From contig NC_043013.1 in assembly GCF_006345805.1 (NCBI RefSeq), forward strand, positions 3,038,001-3,102,000: a stretch of 64,000 nucleotides of DNA, given 5' to 3'. A program made the translations under genes and the position numbers. A model generated the notes under the pieces. That model saw only the letters and a list, made by a program, of their open reading frames with translations, was not told the DNA's origin and did no database searches. How positions within the stretch are numbered: the first letter of the stretch is position 1; each line of letters opens with the position of its first letter. Below are positions 1-12,557 of this stretch, piece after piece. Source of the stretch: Octopus sinensis (taxonomy: Eukaryota).

Positions 1-70
1 ATGATGGGTATACTGGGCTTCGCATATTTTACCCCAGTGTCACTTTGATGGCATGCACTGCTCTCTCACT
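1..70 (+). mobile_element. 3' end of unclassified non-coding repeat 'X' (AAT-tailed)
   Basis: Reverse complement of 54718-54790 and 56861-56930; followed directly by (AAT)n. Confidence 0.8.
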
Positions 71-71
71 C

Positions 72-151
<80 letters not shown>

Positions 152-170
152 TAATAATAATAATAATAAT
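71..170. repeat. (AAT)n microsatellite
   Basis: Direct reading. Confidence 0.98.
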
Positions 171-1330
171 TTATGAGCACTTTGACAGCCAAAATTAGCT
201 GCCAGAAGAACAGAAAGGTTGCGGGAAGAAGGCTAAAGGAACGCATGATCTATTATACATAGACAAAGCAGTACTGGAAGAAGTGAAATCTAGAAAGAAA
301 AATCTAAGAATAGCATAGAAATATTATAAGAAAGCCTAATAAATGATTCCACAGCCATGGATAAGGAATGTTTGAGAATGTTCACTATTGTAAACAACCT
401 AAGATGGCTAATTAGCGATAGCATGAAGAAATGAAAGGCGGATCTATACTCAGATGATACAGCCTTAGGGAGATAAATTTTCCAAGGACACTCGTTATCC
501 CCTTTAATATCTGAGTTATATTTAATCATTCTTAGTTTAGTATTAAGAAAAGCTAAAGGCAGGGTATCAGTTTAGAGACAGTAAAGGAAAAATTAACCAT
601 TTGCTCTACACGGATGATATGAAGCTTTTTAGTAAGTGTAAAAAAGAGATAGATTCCTCAATATAAATTGTAAGAATCTTCAGAGCAAGGATAGTAAAAG
701 AATACTAACAAAGAAAGGAAGGTGGAAGAGGTTTAGTATCAGTAGAAGACTACGTGGAGTTAGCTAAAGCAGATATAACCTCCTATGTAGGTAATAGTGG
801 AGAAAGTTTATGAAGAGCTGTTTGAGTAACAGTAGGACATTATGAAGCCAAAACGTCAAATGAATCCAGAAAAAAAGAAGACAGATTATCTGACTGACAA
901 GAGAAGACTTTGCATGGTAGATTCATAAAAAGTAGTTGCAGCAAATAGTAACAGTTGGACATGATTATGGTTGAAGAAAAGAAGGTTAAATAGGGAGACA
1001 GAAGATGTATTTGTAGCTGCACAAGATAGATAAAAAACCAAGTGGATTCCAATGTAGGTAATGTAAATCAAAAGAGGAAAGTGTTACTCATATAGTAAGT
1101 GAATGTAGCGTGCTGGCACAGAAAGAAAACAAAAAAGGACATGACGACCTTTGGAGAGTAATCCACTGTTAGTTAAGTAGAAAGCTATGATTAGTGCTGC
1201 TTATAAAAAAAAAACATGTTATTAGGAACAGCTAGGATACTGAGAAAGGTTCTTGGCATTTAAGGTTACTCGTTGTAGTCCGGTGTTTGATATATTTTTT
1301 TCCAACAGTTTAATCGGTTGTGCGTATATG
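171..1330 (+). mobile_element. Degenerate R4/Dong-like (RLE) non-LTR retrotransposon, RT to 3' end
   Basis: Broken-frame motifs LPEEQKGC, IFQGHSLSPL, NHLLYTDDMKLF, RKEGGRGLVSVED, ECSVLAQKE, LLGTARILRKVLGI*; ends in (AAC)n. Confidence 0.85.
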
Positions 1331-1390
1331 AAATAACAACAACAACAACAACAACAACAACGACAGCAACAACAACAATAATAATAACAT

Positions 1391-2395
1391 TATGGAGAGA
1401 AAAATTACTTCATGGCTAATACTCTGCAAGGCTTGACAGAGAGGAGGAGGGCCTAAGTAATTGCCAACAATGACTCAAAAGATCTGGACTAAAAGCCGAA
1501 ACGGAAGGACTCCTTCTCGCTGCACAAGACCACTGCCTGACTACAAACAATTATAAAAACAAAGTTAACCAGTACAATGGGACAGTTGACTACATCATCT
1601 CGGGCTATCCAGTTCTTGCCAAACGTGAATATTTATACAGACACGATAAAGTAAACAGTTATATCCACTGCACTATATGCCAACATTACAAGACAAGTGG
1701 TATAAGTGTGTGCCAAGCCAGGAACATGACAAAGACCAGGTCACAATCATCTGGGATATGCCGGTTCAAAATGATAAAGAAATAAAAGCTAATCGCTCAA
1801 GGATAGGGGAAAAAACACCTGCTTACTGATAGATATTGCAGTCCTTTCTGATCAAAATATTGTCCAAAAAGAAGTGGAGAAATTGTCTAAGTAAAAAACT
1901 TCGAAATGTGGGGCATGAAGGTAAAAACAATACCAATAATAATGGGAACATTAGGCATGATAAAAATCATATGAAGAAAAACGTAGAAGTTATACCTGGA
2001 TCCTCAACACTACACACTGCCCCACCCCCAAATAGCCCTGCTAGGAACAGCCCACATCCTACGCAAGACACTATCAATCCAATAATACCACCTAAACAAA
2101 ACAACCCACAAATACAATACAGCATTTACCCAGTGAAATACACTTCCACCTGCAAGCTAGAACACCAAACCATTACACACTCAAACACACAATACAAGCA
2201 GTAACACAACAAAAGACTGCACCACACCCAAAGATAAAAAAAAAATACAGAAGCTAACACAATACAGTGCCGGGAAGAGTTTGCACACTCCCAACAGCAG
2301 AAGAGAACATACAATGCTGGACACACCCCAACAATACGGAGTTGTAGCAGGTGATGAAGTAGAAATTTCCCTCAATTTACCAAATATTGAACAGT
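1391..2395 (+). mobile_element. R4/Dong-like 3' fragment (RLE domain, stop near 2083, probable 3' UTR)
   Basis: LKAETEGLLLAAQD, AKREYLYRHDKV, LLIDIAV, KEVEKLSK, LGTAHILRKTLSIQ*. Confidence 0.85.
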
Positions 2396-2399
2396 CATA

Positions 2400-2539
2400 T
2401 AATAATGATAATAATAATAATAACAACAACAACAGCAGCAACAAAAACAGCGATAATAATAACGATACCAACAATAATAAGGTTGCTACTACTACTACCA
2501 CTATTACTACTACTACTACTACTAATAATAATAATAATA

Positions 2540-2585
<46 letters not shown>

Positions 2586-2600
2586 TATTATTATTATTAT
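2400..2600. repeat. Compound (AAT)/(AAC)/(ACT)/(ATT) microsatellite
   Basis: Direct reading. Confidence 0.95.
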
Positions 2601-2803
2601 ATTTCTTTACTACCCACAAGGGGCTAAACACAGAGGGGACAAAAAAGGACAGACAAACGGATTAAGTCGATTACATCAACCCCAGTGCGTAACTGGTACT
2701 TAATTCATCGACCCCGAAAGGATGAAAGGCAAAGTCGACCGCGGCGGAATTTGAACCCAGAACGTAGCGGCAGACGAAATACGCATTTCGCCCGGCGTGC
2801 TAA
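2601..2803 (-). mobile_element. tRNA-derived SINE, type B
   Basis: B-box-like GGGTTCAAATTCC on minus strand; central CCTTTCATCCTTTCGGGGTCGAT (resembles Deu/Nin-type domain); near-identical copies at 10616, 11226, 28278. Confidence 0.85.
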
Positions 2804-3046
2804 TAATAATACAATCACTTGACACAAACCAGCGACCTTAGGCAAGTGAAGGTTATGAGATATTTACATGTAATTGAAAGTTTGAGGAGAGAAAAATGTG
2901 GAGGACGGTATAGAAATACATTTATACAACACAACACAAACTTATGCATAGCTACGTATAATAAAATAAATAGATTAATAATAATTGAGTTGGTAATTTG
3001 ACAAATTGATTTTTCATTTAGATACAACTAACAATAATACATTGCA

Positions 3047-3412
3047 GTACAAAACATTGAATTGAAGTTGACTTGGGTTTTTTCTAAGGATGTGAGCAGT
3101 ACTTGTCAACATAAACTTTGGGATTTCTTTGAGAAACAGGTCTCCTGGGATGCTATCCCCTCCTTTTTTTTAATCTTACAAAGGATACCTACAATGACAG
3201 AGACGATTTTCGCTTCAAAACGCCGCATCTTTTGTCTTTCAATCTCTAGATCCTTATATTTACTAAGCTTGTCAAATTCCTTGGCGGATATATTCTTATC
3301 TGTGGGGACATTTATGTCCATCAGTCTACAAGTATTTTCATCTCTGACTTTAATGATTATGTACGGTCGACTAGCCTGGATTGCTCTGTCAGTGTTGACA
3401 GGAAATCTCAAT
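3047..3412 (-). mobile_element. R4/Dong-like RLE fragment
   Basis: ORF 3106-3411: TDRAIQASRPYIII, LMDINVPTDKNISAKEFDKLSKYKDLEIE. Confidence 0.85.
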
Positions 3413-3419
3413 TATTATT

Positions 3420-3480
<61 letters not shown>

Positions 3481-3541
3481 ACATCATCATCATCATCATC
3501 ATCATCACCATCACCAACATCATCATCATCATCATCATCAT
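3413..3541. repeat. (CAT)n microsatellite
   Basis: Direct reading. Confidence 0.98.
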
Positions 3542-4500
3542 TGAGGAGTTGACGGGGGGAATCATCAACAACCGCTGAGAAGGGCTACGAGATTAGTGTC
3601 GGTTAGGTTTAGTAAGGAAATAATGATGGAAAATTTTAGAGGAGGAGAAGTGGCACTTAGAACTAAGGTATTACGACTGAGGCACTGGTGATGCGATAGA
3701 CATTTGATCGATTCTAAAACGCTAAACACGAAGGTTGTGTGACACGAGAGAATTATAGCCGTTCGATAGGCATACGCGGCAGCAAAGCCACAATTTCGTT
3801 TTTGATGTATTGGGAGGAATACGTGCTACTGAAGAGCAGGCAGATGCGTGTAGCTTTTTGAGAGGAATTCCGATCAGCTGTTTGGATGGGACAGTGAACG
3901 AGAGACGGGTTTGAACTCTCATCGCCTATCCCGATGGAGTGCTACACCACTCAATTGGGGATGCGGAATTTTGTCATAGGCCGAAATAGCTAACGAAGCA
4001 CGACTGAGGCTGGACAGTCTGCTCACACAGGGTTTATTTTCATGTCCTACTTGTTTAGGATCTCTTGGCAGATGTCTACTGCACCTGACAACGAAATTCT
4101 GTTTTGCGAAAATAGGTGTGGTGATGCTACTGAGAAAGGAGGCGGACAAAGGAGATGATTTTAACAATTTCAGGCCCGTAACTCTGCTCAATGCCGAGTT
4201 GAAGAGTTTAACCAAGGTGTTAGCTAAGAGGTTGTCGATATTCTGGCAGGCGAAGCACAGACATGTGCTGTATCAAACAGATATACCCACGACAACCTCC
4301 ACCTCATAGAAGGAGTAAGTAAAGAACCTGGGACTTGATCAATTTAGATAAATCGAATACTTTCGTAGGGTCGCCCATCAATACTTGACGGCCGTCCTCA
4401 AGGCGGCTGATTTCGGGCTCATTTCGAAAGTTGAATCGCTGCCATATCGGAATGAGACAATTGGGCGCAGCTGTTTGGACGGTGACGATTTGGCACGGCT
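3542..4500 (+). mobile_element. Old degenerate Tx1/L1-type ORF2 fragment
   Basis: NFRPVTLLNAELKSLTKVLAKRL, HDNLHL, LINLDKS; colinear by eye with about 31930-32990 of the large LINE. Confidence 0.85.
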
Positions 4501-4609
4501 GACTAGACATTCACCTTGTTTTGATAATAACACTTTTTAGCGCTAGAGGCAAACACCGACACAAAGACATATACACACAGATACATACATACAAACACAC
4601 GCACAGATA

Positions 4610-4644
<35 letters not shown>

Positions 4645-4665
4645 GTTCGTATGCATGTATGTTTG

Positions 4666-4699
<34 letters not shown>

Positions 4700-4752
4700 T
4701 GTATGTATGTATGTATGTTAGTATGTATGTATGCATGTATGTATATATGTAT

Positions 4753-4910
4753 GATGGCCTTTCACATAGCTTCGGTCTTACCAAATTCACTTAGAAGGCG
4801 TTAGTCGGCTTGGGGTTTAAGTAAAAGACACTTGTCCAAGGTGCCGCTTAGCGGGACTGAACCGGACACTACGTGGTTGCAAAGCCTGATTGCACATATT
4901 CAGCCATTAT
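4753..4910 (-). mobile_element. SINE type A head, diverged
   Basis: Minus strand GGTTCAGTCCCGCT and CACCTTGGACAAGTG match type A copies. Confidence 0.7.
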
Positions 4911-5047
4911 TATTTTTCACACACACTCACACAGGCAGCAATAACTGGTTCCGGTCAGCAAAATATGATTTTTCTTCGACTGCAAAACACGCACGAAAAT
5001 TCATTCAAGACATATCCTTATACAAGAATTTCTCTCTCTCTCTCTCC

Positions 5048-5110
<63 letters not shown>

Positions 5111-5371
5111 TTGTAACTCTCTCTCCCTCTCTCTTTATGATGCGTGCGTTAACTTCGTCTTTTGAAAGCATACGCTAATATTTTGCAGTAAAACTGTTAT
5201 ACGAAAACTTGTGATATGCGAAAACTTATTTTTGTATTCTTACTTTCATATATATAAGATATGTGATAAAAATATTTGCTTCCTACGCTACAAAACTTGT
5301 CTTATGCTAATAAATATATACATGTGTAAAAACTTAGCACATTTTCAACCATTTCTTATTTCTTATATATG

Positions 5372-5690
5372 TGGCCGTGTGGGATGAAGTTTGTTTCCCA
5401 ACCAAATGGTTCTGGGTTCAGTCCCACTGCGTGGCACCTTGGGCAAGTGCCTTCAACTATAGCCTCGGGTTGACCAAAGCCTTGTGAGTGGATTTGGTAG
5501 ACGGAAACTGAAAGAAGCCAGTTGTATATATAAATCTCTCTGTGTGTCTGTGTCTGTGTTTATGTCTCTGTAACTTAGCGTTTCGGCAAAAACGACTGAT
5601 AGAATAAGTACTAAGCACGGAGGCCAATTCATTCAACTAAAAATTCTTCAAGGCGAAACCCCAACATGGGGCCACAGTCTAGTGACTGTG
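5372..5690 (+). mobile_element. tRNA-derived SINE type A (CORE-like, similar to octopus OR-type SINEs)
   Basis: GGGTTCAGTCCC B-box-like motif, CORE-like CCTTGGGCAAGTG, tail CATGGGGCCACAGTCTAGTGACTG. Confidence 0.8.
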
Positions 5691-5974
5691 TGTGTGTGCA
5701 TGTGTGTGTATAAATGTATGTGGATGTCAGTATGCGTGTTTTTGAGTAAGAAATATAGAACGCCAGAATAAATACTACTTTAGAACATTTAGTTTTCTTC
5801 TTCAAATTACTTGTCGACTTTCGATCAGTTTTGAAGAGATAATTCGACTAGGAACTATCCCCTCAAATGTGTGATCTTAACCAATATATGTAGATTATGT
5901 CGCCATATTCCTCTGAATAATCTCTCTCAGCTTGCTTTTATACTTTTTTGATTGTCTGGAATGTGACTTACTCT

Positions 5975-6330
5975 AAGTCCATCCCCTCCTCACCGTGGTG
6001 GGGACGCTGGCAACGGGTAGTGTCAGAGCTATGCCGTCGGGAACTTCGGTTCCTGGTAGGGCCACCCAAAGCGGATTGGTCTGACACCGAGTGGTATTAG
6101 GGCCACAACCCGGCAGACGGAGCTTTGGTGAAAATCCTCGGAGTGTCTGTTTCGGCAACCGGCGGCACCTCGGTCGTTCTGTCTCTGCGTCTGCGGACAA
6201 TCTGCGGCAAACAGGATGTCTCCACATGCGGGATTGTTGGGGACAGCACGTGAAATTCACATATTCCCACGAAACTTCTTCCGACTCAACCCGCCCAGGG
6301 TGAATGTTGCCACAAGTACAAGTAAGTACT
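5975..6330 (+). mobile_element. Probable RTE-clade 5' UTR fragment
   Basis: GC-rich island with CCGTGGTGG..GAGCTATGCCGTCGGG..CCTGGTAGGGCCACCCA, recalled as resembling RTE/Expander 5' ends; not database-verified. Confidence 0.45.
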
Positions 6331-7413
6331 CTAGCCCTTAACAACTGAACAACCCTTAGTATATCACTCATGAATGTGGAACTGCATACAAAAAATGATA
6401 ACCATCGGAAAGGTCTGTATTATTCATTATCATCATACTTTTATTCATCATACGACAATGTCGTTCCGTCGTTAATGTTAAAGTCACAGATTCCCAGTAC
6501 TCGTTCCTCCTTCCAGCCCATCACCAAGGCTGATCCTATTCCCCTTATGTCAGCCGTTGAACACCCAAAACAGCTCCATACTCTGTGCCAACACTTTCAG
6601 TATAGTAGTTTGTCATCGTCAGCGGCATTAACTCGTGTCCGGCAAGTTAATCTATAGCGAGTGAGTGGACCTCTTCATTTTGAGGATGCCGATGTTTGAG
6701 GCGGCCAAGGGCAGTTTAAAAGAGCCAGAGGGTCGGGCACATGGTAGATTAAGTTGAACATAAATCACACTAATCTATAACAGTTTCCCTAGTATTAAAG
6801 GACCTTAAAAGGGCGATGGGCACGGGCATGCCTTCCTTTCAGAAAATAATTAGCCAGATAGAGACAGAACGATAGACTCAATACAATGCAAGATATAATA
6901 TAGCGAGCATCACAAGAACAACAACAACAGCAATGAGAGCAGCAGCAGCAGCAGCAGCAATAACAATAACAATAACAACAACCATTGTCACAGTTAACAG
7001 CAGCAACAACAACAGTAACAGCAATTGTATGAAGAACAACCCTAACAACTGTAAGAACTTTGGCCCGGTGACAAAAATGTCGATTCGCAGAGTCTAAACT
7101 TACATAAACATCGTCTGACTTACGTAGCAGAGGCTGATAAAAGAGGAGGGGATAGAGGTGGGGCTGGTGGGGGCCGGTGAAGCAGGTGGAGCCGGTGGAG
7201 CTGGTGGTGCCGTATGGATGGATGGATGGATGCCAAGCGTGGGTGGGGATACAGGTCGACAGGTATGTACATAGGTAAACACTAACAGAATACTTCACAT
7301 TCCTTCATCTTTCTACACACTTCCATTGTGTTACCTTATTTATACACTGCTTACTTACTATCATTTCCACCACCACCACCACCACCGCCATCACTTGCCA
7401 TCACCACCAGCAC

Positions 7414-7447
<34 letters not shown>

Positions 7448-7766
7448 GCCACCACTACCAATTCTCGCCCCACCGCAGAGCACTCAAACACAGACACCAC
7501 CACCCATCGCGCCACGCAGACACCACCTCCACCCGTCGCAACATACTCCTTAACCGCTACCACCCCCATCACCTCCATCATCCCTGTCGCTACCACCACC
7601 ATCACCATTGCCACAACCGCCACCCCTGCTTCTGCAACCATTACTATTATTTAATACATGACTGCCTTTCTCTGTTTCATATATACTTCTGTTTTGGTCT
7701 CTCTCCTTCCTTTTTCTACCCCTCCTTCAATCCATCTTTAACCAGCCACTCAGTCTGCCTGCCTGC

Positions 7767-7801
<35 letters not shown>

Positions 7802-8389
7802 GCTGACGGCCGACCGGTCTTATATATAAGTATAACTATATTTTTTATATGTAATATTTTATTTCACCTTCCTCACATAAACACACAAATATACATACCT
7901 ACCTAATTAAATACATACAGACGGATAAACAGACAGACAGACTGAGGTGGGGACCGGATGTTATATGCATACGTAGGCTTCAACACAAGGAATGTTGGTG
8001 GGCCATTCCCTTCACAACTTCCGTTTAGTGCAGACATAACAGTCCTGATACGGTTGTTTGAGACGGCAAAGGAAAATCCTGTCGAAGTCAACCGGTATTG
8101 AAATGTAAACATATTCCCAACGTCAGTGAGAAAGAAAACTTCGTTATCCATAGTTTCTCTGCTCTGATTACAAATTTACATTTATACTGACATTTATTGG
8201 TGCATTTGGATGTGTTAGTGAATGTTTAAGAGACAATTGCGGCAGAGGAAGTGACGACCAGCTGACAAGACGCGTAGCCCAAACATTAAAAATATGCCTA
8301 ACACTTCGCCGTTGTTATCTAACTTCCAGTGATGGGACTTTTCCATTTTTTAAAAAATTCTTTCTTCGTTTCTACGAAGAATGCAAAAT

Positions 8390-8506
<117 letters not shown>

Positions 8507-8963
8507 CTTTCAATGTAAAATCGAATCTGAAACACTTAAATCTTTCAACTTCCTATTCGTTTCCTCAAAAGCTATAAAAAGGTTCATCTTTTTTTATCTC
8601 AAACTCTAATTCTTCTCTTACGACTTGTCAGACGGATTCAGATCACAACACTTAATCACCACACAACTCACAAAACACGAAGGTTTCAATGACAAAATAA
8701 CTTTCTCCCACCAATATTTTGTCACCAGAGACAGAAAAGTTCTTGACCATTCACTGCCTACATCCTCTTTGTGATCATTCGCTCTGGTAGAAATAGCAAC
8801 TGAGTATCCCACCCAAATCACATCATAATGTCTTAAAAACGAACGACACGTTTGACGATGCAGTTACAATATCTGACAAAAAGAGATTGCCACGGATGGC
8901 AAGCCATTTGTCAAAATTTTAATCGTATAGGACTGACTTGGGGTTAAACACCAATACAGAAAC

Positions 8964-9231
8964 CAGTGGTTCCCAAACTATTTCCGTCTGCTGCCCCCTT
9001 GGCACCTGGGCCACATTCCTAGCGCCTCCCCTCATCACAGCCACAAACATAGACCACTTTCTGCAGTAAATTCAAAACAACTGTATTTCACAAGTATAAC
9101 TTAACCAAATTAACCCATTATTTCGTTGTTTTTACATCCATCACCCCCTTTTGGCCACCCTATTGTCACCCCTACGTGGAGCTTTCCACCCCATCCCCCA
9201 GGAGAGCTACCGCCCGCTTTGGAAACCACAG
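8964..9231. mobile_element. hAT (Charlie-like) MITE
   Basis: Termini CAGTGGTTCCCAAA and TTTGGAAACCACAG; 8-bp TSD only weakly preserved. Confidence 0.7.
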
Positions 9232-9801
9232 ATATAAATATTTTGTGGAGAATTATCAATCACGACACAAACCTTACTGACGGGCGATATCAAACCATGT
9301 GAAATGCCCGAGTTTTTCCAACAGGATTTTATAACAATCCTCTTTATCACCAACTGTTAACTTATCTACTTGCTCACATCACCTCATAAAAACACACAAT
9401 TCCGTTGCAGATTATGTCAAAGTTTCTGCATGCCCGACTACTCCTATCCTCTTTCGACCACATAAAAATCTGGTTGTAAAAGTATAACATGGTAAACGTA
9501 ACACCGACAAAATCCTGTGTTTCTTATTTCACCCTACCAGATATACACAATCGCTTTAACCCGAGAACATCAAAACTACCAACCATCAAATTCACCAAGT
9601 TAAATCTCGATTGTAAAAAGTATGACAAAGAACGCAAACGATGATACATAAACTGTAAAATCTCTCATATGTATAAGATCTGGCCAACATAACGAATCAA
9701 CGTTAGCGTAAATGTGTTACATCCATTATTAATAATGACGATCCTGCCGGGACATCCAATCATCTCAATGGCAAATCACAATAAATTACAAAGAACACAA
9801 T

Positions 9802-10173
9802 GTGGAGGCGCAATGGCCCAGTGGTTACAGCAGCGGACTCGCGGTCATAGGATTCCCAGACCGGGCGTTGTGAGTGTTTATTGAGCGAAAACACCTAAAG
9901 CTCCACGAGTCTCCGGCAGGGGGTGGTGGTGATCCCTGTTGTACTCTTTCACCACAACTTTCTCTCTCTCTTACTTCCTGTTTCTGTTGTACCTGCATTT
10001 CAAAGGGCCGGCCTTGTCACTCTCTGTGTCACGCTGAATATCCCCGAGAACTACGTTAAGGGTACACGTGTCTGTGGAGTGCTCAGCCACTTACACGTTA
10101 ATTTCACGAGCAGGCTGTTCCGTTGATTCGGATCAACTGGAACCCTCGTCGTCGTAACCGACGGAGTGCTTCC
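9802..10173 (+). mobile_element. tRNA-derived SINE type C, full length
   Basis: A-box-like TGGCCCAGTGGTT; exact 13-bp TSD ACAAAGAACACAA at 9788-9800 and 10174-10186. Confidence 0.9.
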
Positions 10174-10259
10174 ACAAAGAACACAAAATATTACTACCAT
10201 CACAGACTCTACATATACATTAACAGAGCGAAATATATTATATATATATATTATATATG

Positions 10260-10290
<31 letters not shown>

Positions 10291-10615
10291 TATATATATA
10301 TATTATAGTACACTGATGTCCATAAAGTTTCTTTACAATTTTGGTTTTAAAAGTATGGAAGTTGTGAAGATAATTTATGGACACACTGTATACGCACGAA
10401 GGCGACTTGAATGTGCAAGATTTAGAGTCCGTAAATAGAGCGCACTCAAATCACCAGCCTCCGATATTCGTAAACACAGCCCGAAATATTAGGGGATCAC
10501 CATATAACACTATCCCCACCAAAAAACAGTTTCTTCCACTTTGCGTTGACGAACATAGAAATACACTCACACACATACACGCAAACATACACACACACAC
10601 ACTCAACACACACAT

Positions 10616-10845
10616 ATTTCTTTACTACCCACAAGGGGCTAAACAGAGAGGACAAACAAGGACAGACAAACAGATTAAGTCGATTACATCGACCCCAGTG
10701 CGTAACTGGTACTTATTTAATCGACCCTGAAAGGATGAAAGGCAAAGTTGACCTCGGCGGAATTTGAACTCAGAACGTAGCGGCAGACGAAATACCACTA
10801 AGCATTTCGCCCGGCGCGCTAACGTTTCTGCCAGCTCTCCGCCTT
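10616..10845 (-). mobile_element. SINE type B, full length
   Basis: Matches 2601-2803 and is an inverted copy of 11226-11443. Confidence 0.9.
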
Positions 10846-10889
10846 CTACTTTGCTTTGACGAACATAGAAATACACCCACACACGCACG

Positions 10890-10934
<45 letters not shown>

Positions 10935-11225
10935 GTGGCAGCGGAAGCATTTTCATTAAGTTTAAATATTGGGCTGAGACGCGCACCGCCACCAGAGTTA
11001 AGTGTAAAAGTACTGATTGGCATGCTATTATTAATTTTTTTTTTGTTTTGTTTTAGCTTTTGTCTGCCCCTGCTGTGTATTGGAATAAAGGAGCAAACGA
11101 AACCGCGGAAGAAACACTAGAACACATCCAGATGCCATACTTCATCGTATGTGATATATCTCTGCATAACAGAGAGCGCAACTAACTGTACCCAACTATG
11201 CGGATACACGGTATAACAGGTTTTT

Positions 11226-11443
11226 AAGGCGGCGAGCTGGCAGAAACGTTAGCGCGCCGGGCGAAATGCGTAGCCGTATTTCGTCTGCCGTTACGTTCTC
11301 AGTTAAAATTCCGCCGAGGTCGACTTTGCCTTTCATCCTTTCAGGGTCGATTAAATAAGTACCAGTTACGCACTGGGGTCGATATAATCGATTTAATCCG
11401 TTTGTCTGTCCTTGTTTGTCCTCTCTGTGGGTAGTAAAGAAAT
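11226..11443 (+). mobile_element. SINE type B, full length
   Basis: 14-bp TSD GGTATAAC(A/G)GGTTT at 11210-11223 and 11445-11458. Confidence 0.9.
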
Positions 11444-11561
11444 AGGTATAACGGGTTTGCTAGTCTTTAGGTGACATATGAAACCTGTTTTCACATTGTG
11501 TTAATCGTACAATCGTCGGTATGATAGACATTCCTGTATCTTGGATCCATGATCTCAAGTA

Positions 11562-11857
11562 GTGGAGGCACATGACCTAGTGGTTAGAGCAGCGGACTCG
11601 CGGTCGAGGGATTGCGGGTTCGAATCTCAGACCGAGCGATGTGTGTGTTTATGAGCGAAACACCTAAGCTCCACGCGGCTCCGGCAGAAGGTAATGGCGA
11701 ACTTCTGCTGACTCTTTCACCACAACTTACTCTCACTCTTTTCTCCTGCATCTTGCAGCTCACCTGCGACGGACCGGTGTCCCGTCCAGGTGGGGAACCT
11801 ATACGCCAAGGTAGCCGGGAAACCGGCCCTTATGAGCCAGGCGTGGCTCGAGAAGGA
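11562..11857 (+). mobile_element. tRNA-derived SINE type D (Meta/V-like central domain)
   Basis: tRNA head GGGTTCGAATC; CTGCGACGGACCGGTGTCCCGTCCAGG; 13-bp TSD ATGAT(C/T)TCAAGTA at 11549-11561 and 11858-11870. Confidence 0.85.
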
Positions 11858-12187
11858 ATGATTTCAAGTATAGATACACGATTCTTCAGTAGATAGTCAC
11901 TAGCTACAGCTATTACGTAAATATGTACCACATAACAGGAACCTAAACGATACATTATGTCTTTGATAATTATGGTAACTGTCCTTTTGTATTGCAGCTA
12001 CTAAATTGTAGAGAAATTGCTGAATTGGAAATTAGACAACAGGATATCAAAAGATATCAAATATTGTTGTTGCTTGTAGAGAAGAGACAACAGGATATGA
12101 TATACTGTTGTAGAAAACGCATGACAATATCACTAATATTTGTTTACAGAGAACACACAACTAGATACAAGACAAGAGGGAAATGCA

Positions 12188-12557
12188 ATCTTTTAGGATG
12201 ATAATGCACCAATTCACACATCTAAAGTTGATACTGAATGGCACGAGGAACATTGTAGTGAAGTTGAACATCCTATCTGGCCACCACAGTCACCAGAGCT
12301 GAATATTATTGAACATTTGTGGTGCATTTTAGAAAAACAAGTAAGGAGTCGATATCCTCCACCATCATCACTACAAGAACTGGAGACTGTTGTAGCTGAA
12401 GAACGGACAAAAATTCCTTTGGAAACAGTTCAAAATTTTTACGAGTGCATACCTCGTAGAATTCAAGCTGTAATTACTGCTAAAGGCAGTCCTACCCCAT
12501 ATTAAAATAAATTTGTTTGAAATTTTAAGGTGTTTCCATTATTTTGTCCAACCCCTG
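12188..12557 (+). mobile_element. Tc1-type transposon 3' end (DD36E)
   Basis: DNAPIHT..WPPQSPELNIIEHLW; right TIR ending TCCAACCCCTG then TA; same family as 51481-52614. Confidence 0.9.

Noticed and set aside
5960-6060. Possible HDV-like ribozyme at the RTE-like 5' end (also sought at the X 5' end)
   Set aside because: Could not assign P1, P1.1, P3 and J4/2 by eye; a descriptor search such as RNArobo would be needed
9802-11857. tRNA-like sequences as tRNA genes
   Set aside because: They are SINE heads with TSDs and SINE bodies, with no complete cloverleaf
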